This document shows, in pieces, positions 1-8,043 of a stretch of DNA of 48,124 bases. The first letter of the stretch is position 1. Every line of letters begins with the position of its first letter. Source of the DNA: a virus (lineage: Duplodnaviria; Caudoviricetes); the IMG/VR virus record IMGVR_UViG_3300032373_001152, positions 1-48,124 of that record; one strand, written 5' to 3'. Made by a program: the position numbers and the translations under genes. Under the pieces are notes generated by a model. That model made no database searches and was not told the origin of the DNA. It saw nothing but the letters and a program-made list of their open reading frames with translations.

Positions 1-39
1 TCAAGGGCTTAGCGGAATTTCGCTAGGCCTTTGTTTTTT
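1..39 (+). repeat. att direct repeat, left copy (partial), containing the tRNA terminator-like hairpin
   Basis: TCAAGGGCTTAGCGGAATTTCGCTAGGCCTTTGTTTTTT is identical to 9024-9062. Confidence 0.9.
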
Positions 40-1080
40 GAACGTGACAAAATCGTGACAATCCGTGTCAACCCCCGCATCTTTCGTCACTTTTGGCCTC
101 TTATCCAGCACCGCAATTGCGGCTTCCTGAAACTCAGGGGACAGGTGGGCGTAGCGCTGGACCATCTCCAGCGATTTATGCCCGGTCAGGTGCATCACGT
201 TGTAAAGCGGCACGCCGCCCTGAACCAATCGCGATGCAAACGTGTGGCGAAGATCATGAAAACGAAAATCTTCAATCCCCGCCTTCTCGCGTGCCGTATC
301 GAACGACGACTTGATCCCCTTAAGGGCCTTGCCGCCGAACGTGAACACTGGGCCGGAACTTTTAGGCCCCAATGCCTTAAGGGTTGCGTAAGCACGCTCA
401 CAGAGCCGCACGGTACGATCCTCACCATTCTTGGTTTGGATGAACGTCACCCGGCGGTTGGTTAAGTCCACATATCGCCAATCGAGCCTGAAAAGCTCGG
501 ATCGCCTGCCGCCTGTATCGACAGCGAAACGAATAATTGGCTTCAAATGTGACGCCGCCGCGTTGACGAGGCGTTCTTCCTCCTCAAACGTTAGCCATCT
601 GTTACGGGGCCGTGACGGTTTAACGCGGGGGAAGTTGGGCACAAAGTCCGTCAACTCTTCCCGACGCGCCTTGTTGATCGCCGCCTTGATGTAGGCCACG
701 TCCTTAAGCGCCATGCCCGAGGATACGGTTTCAAGCCGCTCATCGACAAATTCCTGAATGACCTTATAGGTCAGCTCAGAGACATTGAAGCCTTTGAACC
801 TTTCGGCCAGGAATTTGATACGGTAGCGGTCCTTATCCATAAATGCGCTCGGGTTGTTGCGTTTAAGGGTTTGCGCGTAACGTAACAAGACTTCTGAAAA
901 CGCCAGATCGGGTTTCTTCCCGAAGTTCACTTCCATAAAGTCTTCTTTGATCCAACTGGCGGCCAGCGCTTCGGCTAGCTTCCGGTCGGCAGTTCCAGAA
1001 CTTCGGCGAAATCGCTTTCCATTCTGGTCACTCCACGAGACCCACCAACTTGATGAATCCTTTCGTTTGTAGAGCTGCAT
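1..1080 (-). CDS. int: Tyrosine recombinase / phage-type integrase
   Basis: Catalytic motifs TGGRRSEL (R), TKNG (K), FHDLRH (HxxR), TGH (H), RYAH (Y); N-terminal arm-binding beta domain; stop codon lies within the att repeat. Confidence 0.96.
   Translation of the reverse strand: MQLYKRKDSSSWWVSWSDQNGKRFRRSSGTADRKLAEALAASWIKEDFMEVNFGKKPDLAFSEVLLRYAQTLKRNNPSAFMDKDRYRIKFLAERFKGFNVSELTYKVIQEFVDERLETVSSGMALKDVAYIKAAINKARREELTDFVPNFPRVKPSRPRNRWLTFEEEERLVNAAASHLKPIIRFAVDTGGRRSELFRLDWRYVDLTNRRVTFIQTKNGEDRTVRLCERAYATLKALGPKSSGPVFTFGGKALKGIKSSFDTAREKAGIEDFRFHDLRHTFASRLVQGGVPLYNVMHLTGHKSLEMVQRYAHLSPEFQEAAIAVLDKRPKVTKDAGVDTDCHDFVTFKKQRPSEIPLSP
43..64 (+). repeat. Integrase arm-type binding sites (CGTGACAA x2)
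   Basis: CGTGACAAAATCGTGACAATCC is identical to 8849-8870; both copies lie next to att. Confidence 0.75.
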
Positions 1081-1316
1081 ATTTGCCTTCTCCTCTTGGT
1101 TTCAGAGGTTCGGGCGCTGTCGCTGCGTTTAGTATCGTTGGCAAAGACTTCGATGTCCACGATATCCCAACGCCGCAAGCGCGGTCCGAAATCGCAATAG
1201 GGAATGGAAAACCCGGAAAAGCTATCGACAGAGACCCCCAGCCACGCCGCAGCCTCATCCCGGCTCAGGTAGCGCCGGGGCGGGATCGATGCGTTAAGGG
1301 TCGGTTCCGTGGTCAT
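975..1316 (-). CDS. xis: Excisionase-like HTH protein (recombination directionality factor)
   Basis: YLSRDEAAAWLGVS HTH plus RRWDIVDI wing; lies upstream of int and overlaps its start. Confidence 0.7.
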   Translation of the reverse strand: MTTEPTLNASIPPRRYLSRDEAAAWLGVSVDSFSGFSIPYCDFGPRLRRWDIVDIEVFANDTKRSDSARTSETKRRRQICSSTNERIHQVGGSRGVTRMESDFAEVLELPTGS

Positions 1317-1318
1317 AG

Positions 1319-2258
1319 CCTTAAGGAGTTTCCTGTCTTGTTCACCCTGTTCTCAGGGTGGCGGATGCACCCCTTTGCGTCTTGGGGGCCTTAAGGCCCC
1401 CCGAGCCTTAAGGCTCCTTGCTCCTTAAGGCACCAGCCTTAAGGCCCTGTCCTTTAAGCAAATCGTTTCTGCCATTAAAGCTACGCTGTTTCCTTCAATC
1501 AGGTCTCGTTCCGGGATTTTCCCGGCTTTTCCCGGAAAAACCGGGAATTCCAAAATTCCACTTAAGAACTTTTCCTGGAAATTCCGGGGAATCCGACTTG
1601 TTGCGATTAACGCTACACAGTTTTCCCGGATCAGACTCGTTATGGGAAATTCCCTTAGGGAATTTTCCGGAATATGCGGTTTTCTGAGATTAAATTTCCG
1701 GGATTTTTCCCTAAGGGAATATTCCGTTGTTATGGCCATAAGGGCGATTCCTTGTTCGGTTGTCATGCAACAACTGGATCACAAAATCACCGGATTTACT
1801 GCCGAGCCTTAAGCTTAAGGCTTTCTAACTTTTTTGATGGGTGAGAGAAGGCGAAAAAGCAGTGCGAATCGTCGTTGCTTGATGCCTGATTGATAGCTTA
1901 AGGGAAACTACCTTGCGTCCTTCGGTATTCGTATACGGAAATGACCAACCCAGCCCCCGTATACCCATAGGCATACGAATGGGTGCTGCGTATACGATGC
2001 GATCCTTTAAGCTTAAGGGGATCCTTTAAACTTAAAGAAATGTGCAGAAATGAGGAAGGGCAAAAGCCTTAAGCTTAAGGCTTTTTGCGTGATATTAAGG
2101 GGCAGCAAAGCCTTAAAGGAAAGGATCGCCTTAAGGCTTTTCCATTGAGGGATGGCGCCCATTGCCAATACCCCCGACTACGCCCTTAAGCTTATGGCGC
2201 CATGTTTGGGGAGGGCGAGAAGATGCCGCCGATTGTCAACCGAGCCTTAAGCTTAAGG
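1319..2258. repeat. Non-coding palindrome-dense tract (16 CTTAAG, CCTTAAGCTTAAGG x3, TTCCSGG/GGGAA zone, CGTATAC zone)
   Basis: CTTAAG counted by eye at 1320, 1390, 1407, 1424, 1438, 1561, 1808, 1814, 1897, 2012, 2068, 2074, 2130, 2185, 2246, 2252; perfect palindromes at 1384-1401, 1805-1822, 2062-2085. Confidence 0.85.
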
Positions 2259-2316
2259 TCTTTGGGGAATTCCCGAGTGCAGGAGAGAAAATAACGTTCG
2301 ATATTCGAACAAAACT

Positions 2317-2721
2317 ATGTTATGCTATTCGATAATCAGACAAAAAAATCCTATGGGGAAACTCAAGATGGCTTTTTATGATGTATCGAAGGATGAGTTT
2401 GAGGCCGATATTTGGCCTGAACTAGAAAAAGGCCTACGGCAGGAAATGGTGGAACAGGCGGCCCCACCAGGTGGTTCAGCTGGCCCAGCCGGCGGATTAT
2501 CAATGAATTTTGATTCCCTTACGACAGTATCTGTTGTTGAAGTGATTATTCCTGTTCACTTGGGAAATGCCCCACCAGCTGAAAAAGTTATCAAGGAAGG
2601 CGGCTACTATTCTGTTGATGACTTCATTTCTGACATTAAACCAAAATTGATGAAACTCTGCCGAGACAAAAAAGAAGAAAAAAAGATCCCTGAAAAGATC
2701 GAAACCAACACTAAGGGATAA
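2317..2721 (+). CDS. Small acidic protein, possibly acyl-carrier-protein-like (true start probably 2353 or 2368)
   Basis: First ORF of a tight operon; FDSLTTVSVV resembles the DSL phosphopantetheine-attachment motif. Confidence 0.55.
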   Translation: MLCYSIIRQKNPMGKLKMAFYDVSKDEFEADIWPELEKGLRQEMVEQAAPPGGSAGPAGGLSMNFDSLTTVSVVEVIIPVHLGNAPPAEKVIKEGGYYSVDDFISDIKPKLMKLCRDKKEEKKIPEKIETNTKG

Positions 2722-2726
2722 AGCCT

Positions 2727-3068
2727 ATGACAAACAGTGACCGGGAAGCATTAGGACAACGTCTAAAGAATGCACGTGAGTATCTTGGGCTTTCGCAGGA
2801 TGAAGTTTCCTCTCTGCTGGAAGTGCCGCGTTCAGCAATTTCGCTTGCTGAAAGTGGCAAACGCCGTGTTGACGCTATAGAGTTGCAAAAGTTATCAAAA
2901 ATATATCGTAAATCTATATCTGAGCTTGCAGGCGAGGGACGAGAAGAAGCTCCTATTTCCGAACATTTAGCCAGGGCGGCAACGGGATTAACAGAAAATG
3001 ACCAAAATGAATTATTGGAATTTGCTCGTTTCCTAAAATCACGCTCAAAAAGCCAACAGGATGAATAA
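2727..3068 (+). CDS. XRE-family HTH transcriptional regulator
   Basis: LGQRLKNAREYLGLSQDEVSSLLEVPRSAISLAESGKR is a canonical XRE HTH; its stop overlaps the next ATG. Confidence 0.92.
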   Translation: MTNSDREALGQRLKNAREYLGLSQDEVSSLLEVPRSAISLAESGKRRVDAIELQKLSKIYRKSISELAGEGREEAPISEHLARAATGLTENDQNELLEFARFLKSRSKSQQDE

Positions 3069-4075
3069 TGGCGAGAAATACACGAGAGGCCCACTTGGAA
3101 GGTGCTCAAGTAGCTACCCGGTTGCATCGGGAACTTGATGTTAAAGGGCAAGTTAACAACGCTGACGGCAACGTCCGAGTATTTCAGGCAATTGATCAAA
3201 GAGGGTACGGGTTATTATTTCGCCCCCTAGATGGTTTGCTGGGTTTGTGTGTGAAAGACCCATACCCTGGCGTGCTGATTTCAACAAATCGCTCGCTTAG
3301 CGTCCAACGGTATACGGCAGCACACGAACTGGGCCATTTAGAAATGGGTCATGACTTTAGCTTTGATGATGACCAGACAATTTGGCAACCGCGGGGCACT
3401 TCGCAAAAAGAGCTGCAAGAAGTATCGGCAAATGCCTTTGGAGCAGCTTTTCTTATGCCAAAATGGTTGCTGAAAGAGAAAATGCTAAGTCATGGATGGG
3501 ATGGCAAGAATTTAACGATACCAGGGACAGTGTACCAACTTTCTCTTCGCTTGGGTGTCAGCTACGAAGCGTTGTGTAGAACTCTAATTAGATATCAATG
3601 GGTCTTGCCTCCCGCAGGGGAGGCCCTGTTAAGCGCCACACCAAAACAACTTAAAATCGAGTTACTAAACGGGCAAGAACTTGAAAACCCATGGGCAGAT
3701 GTGTGGCTTCTTTCAGAAACGGATCATGGAGAATTCATCGAAGCTGGCCCGTCTGATGTTTTTGTTTTGAAACTAACAGAGCGCGGTAACGGTGGTTATC
3801 TCTGGAACATCAAAGAGTTGAATGTGCTCGGGTTCAATGTTCACACCCATGACCCTGCGCCGGAATTTGATCCTGGAAGTGACATTTTTGGCAGCTCGAT
3901 TGCGAGATGCTGGAAAATTACTTCGGATGCGCCAACCGCAGGGAATGTAGCATTGGAAGAGCGACGTCCATGGCAGAGGGAAGATGTGACAAACCGGCTA
4001 GAATTCAAATACAGCCTATGGGGAAAGGAAGCGGGACTGCCTCGGTTCCAACGCCCGTTATTTCAAGCTGCCTAG
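3068..4075 (+). CDS. ImmA/IrrE-family Zn metallopeptidase with a C-terminal chagasin/I42-like domain
   Basis: RYTAAHELGH (HExxH) and EVSANAFGAAFLMP; C-terminal FVLKLTERGNGGYLW...IFGS...RRPW resembles chagasin loops (NPTTGYxW, GxGG, RPW). Confidence 0.85.
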   Translation: MARNTREAHLEGAQVATRLHRELDVKGQVNNADGNVRVFQAIDQRGYGLLFRPLDGLLGLCVKDPYPGVLISTNRSLSVQRYTAAHELGHLEMGHDFSFDDDQTIWQPRGTSQKELQEVSANAFGAAFLMPKWLLKEKMLSHGWDGKNLTIPGTVYQLSLRLGVSYEALCRTLIRYQWVLPPAGEALLSATPKQLKIELLNGQELENPWADVWLLSETDHGEFIEAGPSDVFVLKLTERGNGGYLWNIKELNVLGFNVHTHDPAPEFDPGSDIFGSSIARCWKITSDAPTAGNVALEERRPWQREDVTNRLEFKYSLWGKEAGLPRFQRPLFQAA

Positions 4076-4747
4076 ATGATTATAGACATGCGTATCACTA
4101 CAGATTTACGGCCAAGTTTTTACGACATTCGTGACCAAGGACAGCGTCCTACTTGTTTGGCTTTCGCCGGGAGTGATCTTAACAGGAGCTATCACAATCT
4201 TCCTGATCCGTTGTCGGTAGAATACCTTTTTCACGCCGCCGTTCAACGAACGGCGGCGTTGGACCCGAATTCTGGAGTTTCCATATCTGCTTTATCGGAA
4301 GCCTTAAGAGTAGATGGTCAACCTACTGAATCTGGATGGCCGTACCTGACTAACCTTCCCGCCAATTTGACGGCGTGGGTAAAGCCAAAGACTGTAGGAG
4401 ATATCTGGGTAGGCGATCTTCAAGCCGAAATAATGAAAGTGGTAAAAGTGCTTTCATCAATTGACAGTGGGCAGCCTGTTTTGCTTGTGCTTTCAATAAC
4501 AGAGGCATTTTATTCCCCAAATATGAATGGTGTAATTGATGTTGAAATTAATGACGTGATGACTCCGTATCGTCATGCCGTGATTGCGGTTGCTTCTGCT
4601 AAGTCCGTTGCAGGCATCGCATATACCCTCGTCCGCAATAGTTGGGGTAAGAACTGGGGTTTAAATGGGTATGCGTGGGTGTCAGAAGATTATCTGGCGG
4701 CCCAGTTAATATCGGTATGCACGATTGTAGGAGGCAGTAAAAAATGA
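4076..4747 (+). CDS. Papain-like C1-family cysteine peptidase (cytoplasmic, no signal or propeptide)
   Basis: DQGQRPTCLAFA (Gln, Cys), RHAVIAV (His), VRNSWGKNWGLNGYAWV (Asn). Confidence 0.92.
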   Translation: MIIDMRITTDLRPSFYDIRDQGQRPTCLAFAGSDLNRSYHNLPDPLSVEYLFHAAVQRTAALDPNSGVSISALSEALRVDGQPTESGWPYLTNLPANLTAWVKPKTVGDIWVGDLQAEIMKVVKVLSSIDSGQPVLLVLSITEAFYSPNMNGVIDVEINDVMTPYRHAVIAVASAKSVAGIAYTLVRNSWGKNWGLNGYAWVSEDYLAAQLISVCTIVGGSKK

Positions 4748-5610
4748 AGCCGTTCGAAAGTCAGAGTATTTATGGAGCATGGCTTCAAGCCGCTGAACAC
4801 TTGTTGGGCATAGATGAAGATAGCGATTACAATCTAATTTTGGATATCCAGGCACCACTCGGTTTTAGTGAATCAGATAAAAAAATCCGGGATATCGTTG
4901 ATTCATTTCTAATTAGGCACAAAGAGCAGCCGCTTGATACCGTCGCCGATACAATCTTTCCGCTAGGCCTGTATCAGCGGTTTGGTACTGAAGGCGTTTT
5001 CTCAAAGTATCCCGAAATTGTCTATCCGAAAATTCTTAAAAAGAAAGGGAATGATTGGGGGCGGTATGCCCACCGTTTGGTGAGGATACAAACGGAGGAT
5101 CGCGGCAAGAGCATCCTAATGGACAAGGATACAGGACGGCCCGTGAACCCTTTGGAAAAACTCGTTGCCAAGCTTTCTAATTATAAGAGAGACCCAAAGA
5201 GAGCCGCTTACGAAGCAAATCTGATTGACCCGGTTCAAGACATTCCGATTTATCGCCCCAGCCAAGATAGGTGTTTAATGATGGGTGGACCCTGCCTCAG
5301 TCATCTCAGCTTTAAGGTAACAAATGATAAAACCTTGGCCCTTACGGCATTCTATCGAAATCATGACTATGTCGAGCGGACCTTGGGAAACTTGCTGGGC
5401 CTGTCGTGGTTGCTCTATTTCGTTTCAAAGGAAACAGACATCCCTGCTGGGGGACTTACATGTATTTCATCCATGGCTCAGTTAGAAAAAGGGAGTTGGA
5501 GACAGGCCGAGCTCAAAGGTATGATCGAACAATGCCGGGTAGAATGGGATGCTAATTCTGCGGAAGAAGTTGTTGAATGGTCGAAAGTTTCTGTTGCAAT
5601 AAAAACGTAG
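4744..5610 (+). CDS. Divergent thymidylate-synthase-fold protein
   Basis: GPCLSHLSF (catalytic PC), FYRNHD (equivalent to RSxD) and LGNLLGL (Asn) in ThyA-like spacing. Confidence 0.7.
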   Translation: MKPFESQSIYGAWLQAAEHLLGIDEDSDYNLILDIQAPLGFSESDKKIRDIVDSFLIRHKEQPLDTVADTIFPLGLYQRFGTEGVFSKYPEIVYPKILKKKGNDWGRYAHRLVRIQTEDRGKSILMDKDTGRPVNPLEKLVAKLSNYKRDPKRAAYEANLIDPVQDIPIYRPSQDRCLMMGGPCLSHLSFKVTNDKTLALTAFYRNHDYVERTLGNLLGLSWLLYFVSKETDIPAGGLTCISSMAQLEKGSWRQAELKGMIEQCRVEWDANSAEEVVEWSKVSVAIKT

Positions 5611-5625
5611 CAATATCGCATAACT

Positions 5626-6630
5626 TTATTTTTTCAATACTCTTTCTAACCACCGCCTCCACAAGGCCGACAACACGCTGTCGCTACATTGGTCCGCGAT
5701 GGTTTCCATTGTATCGTACCATTTCTCACGGCGTGCAATTTCAGCTGTAGCAACTGTCACCAAGTTTTTATACGCTTGTGGAAGATCAAGAGCAGATACA
5801 GTTTGGACTAGAGATTCTCTAGTCACCATCCCGGATGAAAAATCGGACAAAGCCCTATAGGTTTCTTTAAAGACCCTTTCATGCTCATCTTTTCGTAATG
5901 CAATACTGTCTGGTTCTCCCAAGAACGCATTATCACCTTCAATGCTGAACTGAGTAGCGTCCTTTTCATAATAATGGAGGCTATCACTTATTTGATGGTA
6001 TTCACCTGTTTCTAAACCAAGCCATCCTGCGAGGGTTTCTTGGAGCATCGTAAATTGGACTACGTTATATGGCATGCCGCGAAAGATATCGTTGCTACGC
6101 ATAATTTGCAGCCATTCCAAGCGGCCATCTCTAACTTTCGGTAATGAGCATAAATTGCATGGAATATCTGGTGCAGAAGGCGATCCATCTTGATTTGGGA
6201 AATCTAGCTCGGGATTCCAAATCTGTAAGACAACCTGTCGGCTATCGGGGTTTTCTTGAAAAACCCGATACGCATGTTCAAGCTGGTCAAAGCCGAATGA
6301 GTTCCGGATACGATGACCGTAGGCTCCATGGTACTTGGAGCCACTTCCCTGATATTCAGCTAATCTAGGAAACCATCGGTTGATAAAAGAAGATTCATTC
6401 GATCCTGCAAGTATCCAAAAAAACTCCGCCACTGCGAATGCGGGGTTGATTGCGGGAAGACGTGACGAAACCCAACGCTGCCGGGCATTTGTCAAACAGA
6501 AATGGGCGTGTAAAATCTCTTTGGTAGGACCTACACGGCTACTTTGCTGAAGTGGGCCTTTCTCGTGTGACAAGGCTCGAGCCGCATTCGTCCAGATCAC
6601 ATTCGCTGTTTCGCCCCTGAAAAGCGTCAT
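5626..6630 (-). CDS. Thymidylate synthase / dUMP-hydroxymethylase-family protein
   Basis: NPAFAVAEFFWIL, GAYGHR, DSRQVV, DIPCN, MRSNDIFRGMPYNVVQF, SLHYY; Asn at the dUMP/dCMP specificity position. Confidence 0.9.
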   Translation of the reverse strand: MTLFRGETANVIWTNAARALSHEKGPLQQSSRVGPTKEILHAHFCLTNARQRWVSSRLPAINPAFAVAEFFWILAGSNESSFINRWFPRLAEYQGSGSKYHGAYGHRIRNSFGFDQLEHAYRVFQENPDSRQVVLQIWNPELDFPNQDGSPSAPDIPCNLCSLPKVRDGRLEWLQIMRSNDIFRGMPYNVVQFTMLQETLAGWLGLETGEYHQISDSLHYYEKDATQFSIEGDNAFLGEPDSIALRKDEHERVFKETYRALSDFSSGMVTRESLVQTVSALDLPQAYKNLVTVATAEIARREKWYDTMETIADQCSDSVLSALWRRWLERVLKK

Positions 6631-6633
6631 AGG

Positions 6634-7725
6634 CTAATTTTTCAATGCCGGAACGCTGATTCCCCATTTTGGCGGGAACCAATATTTGATTTCTTTTAAG
6701 ATCGGCCGAAAAATTTGCTTTATGCGTGTGCGACCGCTCTTTCCATTGAATTCAGGATGATTGATACGTGAATATTTATCGACTTCACAAAATAAGTTTT
6801 GGCAATCAATAAGATGAAGACTTCTTCCCCAAAGATTTTTGAACGATAGGCCCAGTCGTTCAAATTCGGTATCCTGATGCTCCGTGACGTATTTGATAAC
6901 GTCTTCCGCTTTCCAATCTCCCAAATCAGCAAAACATTTTGAAATGCCGCTTAAAGATCCTGGTCCCGGCATGACAAATTCATTTTCCGAGAAATTTGTT
7001 AGAGTGCTGTAGTTGAGATCGATAACGTACTGATACGCAAGGAAGGGGCCAATTCCTGGATATGATAACAACAGCTTGTACGCACTCTCCATGCAATTAC
7101 ACTGTTGTAGACGAAGGGGTACACGATCATTCATCATTTTCTGCAAGAGTAATAAATGGTTTGAGTGTTTTCTATCCCGCCCAAAAGCTGATTTGGCAGA
7201 TGCCATGATATAAGCGGCGGAATAGATTCTGGTGCCAGACGAAATAGCGTCATCGAGCACTGCATCGTATTGGTCTAATCGGAATTCGCGCCACGAGATT
7301 GAGCCGAAATGGCTTTCCAAGTATTCCCATGTTTCAATCTTGTTGAATAGTTTAAAAAGAATAGTCCTAAAGAAAATTTCTTCGGCGTCTTGAGAGCCGT
7401 TGTAAATGACATTTTTAATGAGATATTGACTCACCCTATCAGCGACACGGTAAGCGTTCGTGAATTTGTAATCCGTGAGTATTTTGTCTTTAGACCAAGA
7501 TGGAGAGCTTTGATTTTCGATCCGGTTATAAAATGCATCCTGCCTTAAGCACGCGAATTTCCAGTATGTATCGTATACAATTGTGGGGCTCGGCCGGGTT
7601 GGTGAAATAAAAATGCTATGAGGTTTTGGACTATTGCCCTCCTTAAAGTCGCTTAGGTGCTTCGGAAGATCAAATTGTGTTTGAGAGTTTCTCAAAGCGT
7701 CCCTTTTGTGGATATTCAGTTTCAA
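6634..7725 (-). CDS. aGPT-Pplase1 / '5-hmdU DNA kinase helical domain'-type protein (HhH-glycosylase-like fold of thymidine hypermodification systems); start uncertain
   Basis: YWKFACLRQ..F..R, DKILTDYKFTNAYRVADRVSQYLI, LFKLFNKIETW, IYSAAYIM, HhH-like YPGIGPFLAYQ..IDLNYS, QNLFCEVDKY; adjacent to a TS homolog. Confidence 0.8.
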   Translation of the reverse strand: MKLNIHKRDALRNSQTQFDLPKHLSDFKEGNSPKPHSIFISPTRPSPTIVYDTYWKFACLRQDAFYNRIENQSSPSWSKDKILTDYKFTNAYRVADRVSQYLIKNVIYNGSQDAEEIFFRTILFKLFNKIETWEYLESHFGSISWREFRLDQYDAVLDDAISSGTRIYSAAYIMASAKSAFGRDRKHSNHLLLLQKMMNDRVPLRLQQCNCMESAYKLLLSYPGIGPFLAYQYVIDLNYSTLTNFSENEFVMPGPGSLSGISKCFADLGDWKAEDVIKYVTEHQDTEFERLGLSFKNLWGRSLHLIDCQNLFCEVDKYSRINHPEFNGKSGRTRIKQIFRPILKEIKYWFPPKWGISVPALKN

Positions 7726-8043
7726 GGTAGGTCGATTGGCCTGAAGTCTAAATGTATAGAGGGATAGTTAGCTTTTCGTAAAGGGTTGTCATGGGTTAAC
7801 CGAGTAGTTGGCACGTAGAACATTGATGTTGGCCTAATTGAACCGCTCGTGAAGAGCAATGCCATAAGCCAAATTTTCCTTATAACTAGAAGGGAGTTGG
7901 GTCTCATGTCATAAAAAGGCGAGATCTCTCAAGATGTCCAATAAGAAGAAAAATACAACAGTTAAAGAGATTGTTGATTCTGCCAAAAAAAAAAGCAGCC
8001 AAACGCAGAGCCAAGAATAAGGCGCAACGCCGACCTTTTACTT

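Noticed and set aside
1418-1766. ORFs 1418-1687 (+) and 1425-1766 (-)
   Set aside because: They lie in the palindromic repeat tract; the translations mirror the DNA repeats and show no family motif
1319-2258. CRISPR array
   Set aside because: Repeats are short, irregularly spaced palindromes without constant repeat-spacer periodicity; no cas genes
2296-2310. LexA box upstream of the cargo operon
   Set aside because: GTTC-N7-GAAC is inverted, not the direct GTTC-N7-GTTC alphaproteobacterial box; at most a candidate XRE operator
5626-6630. Housekeeping thyA
   Set aside because: Island location, hydroxymethylase-like motifs and linkage to an aGPT-Pplase gene argue against it, so no gene symbol is given
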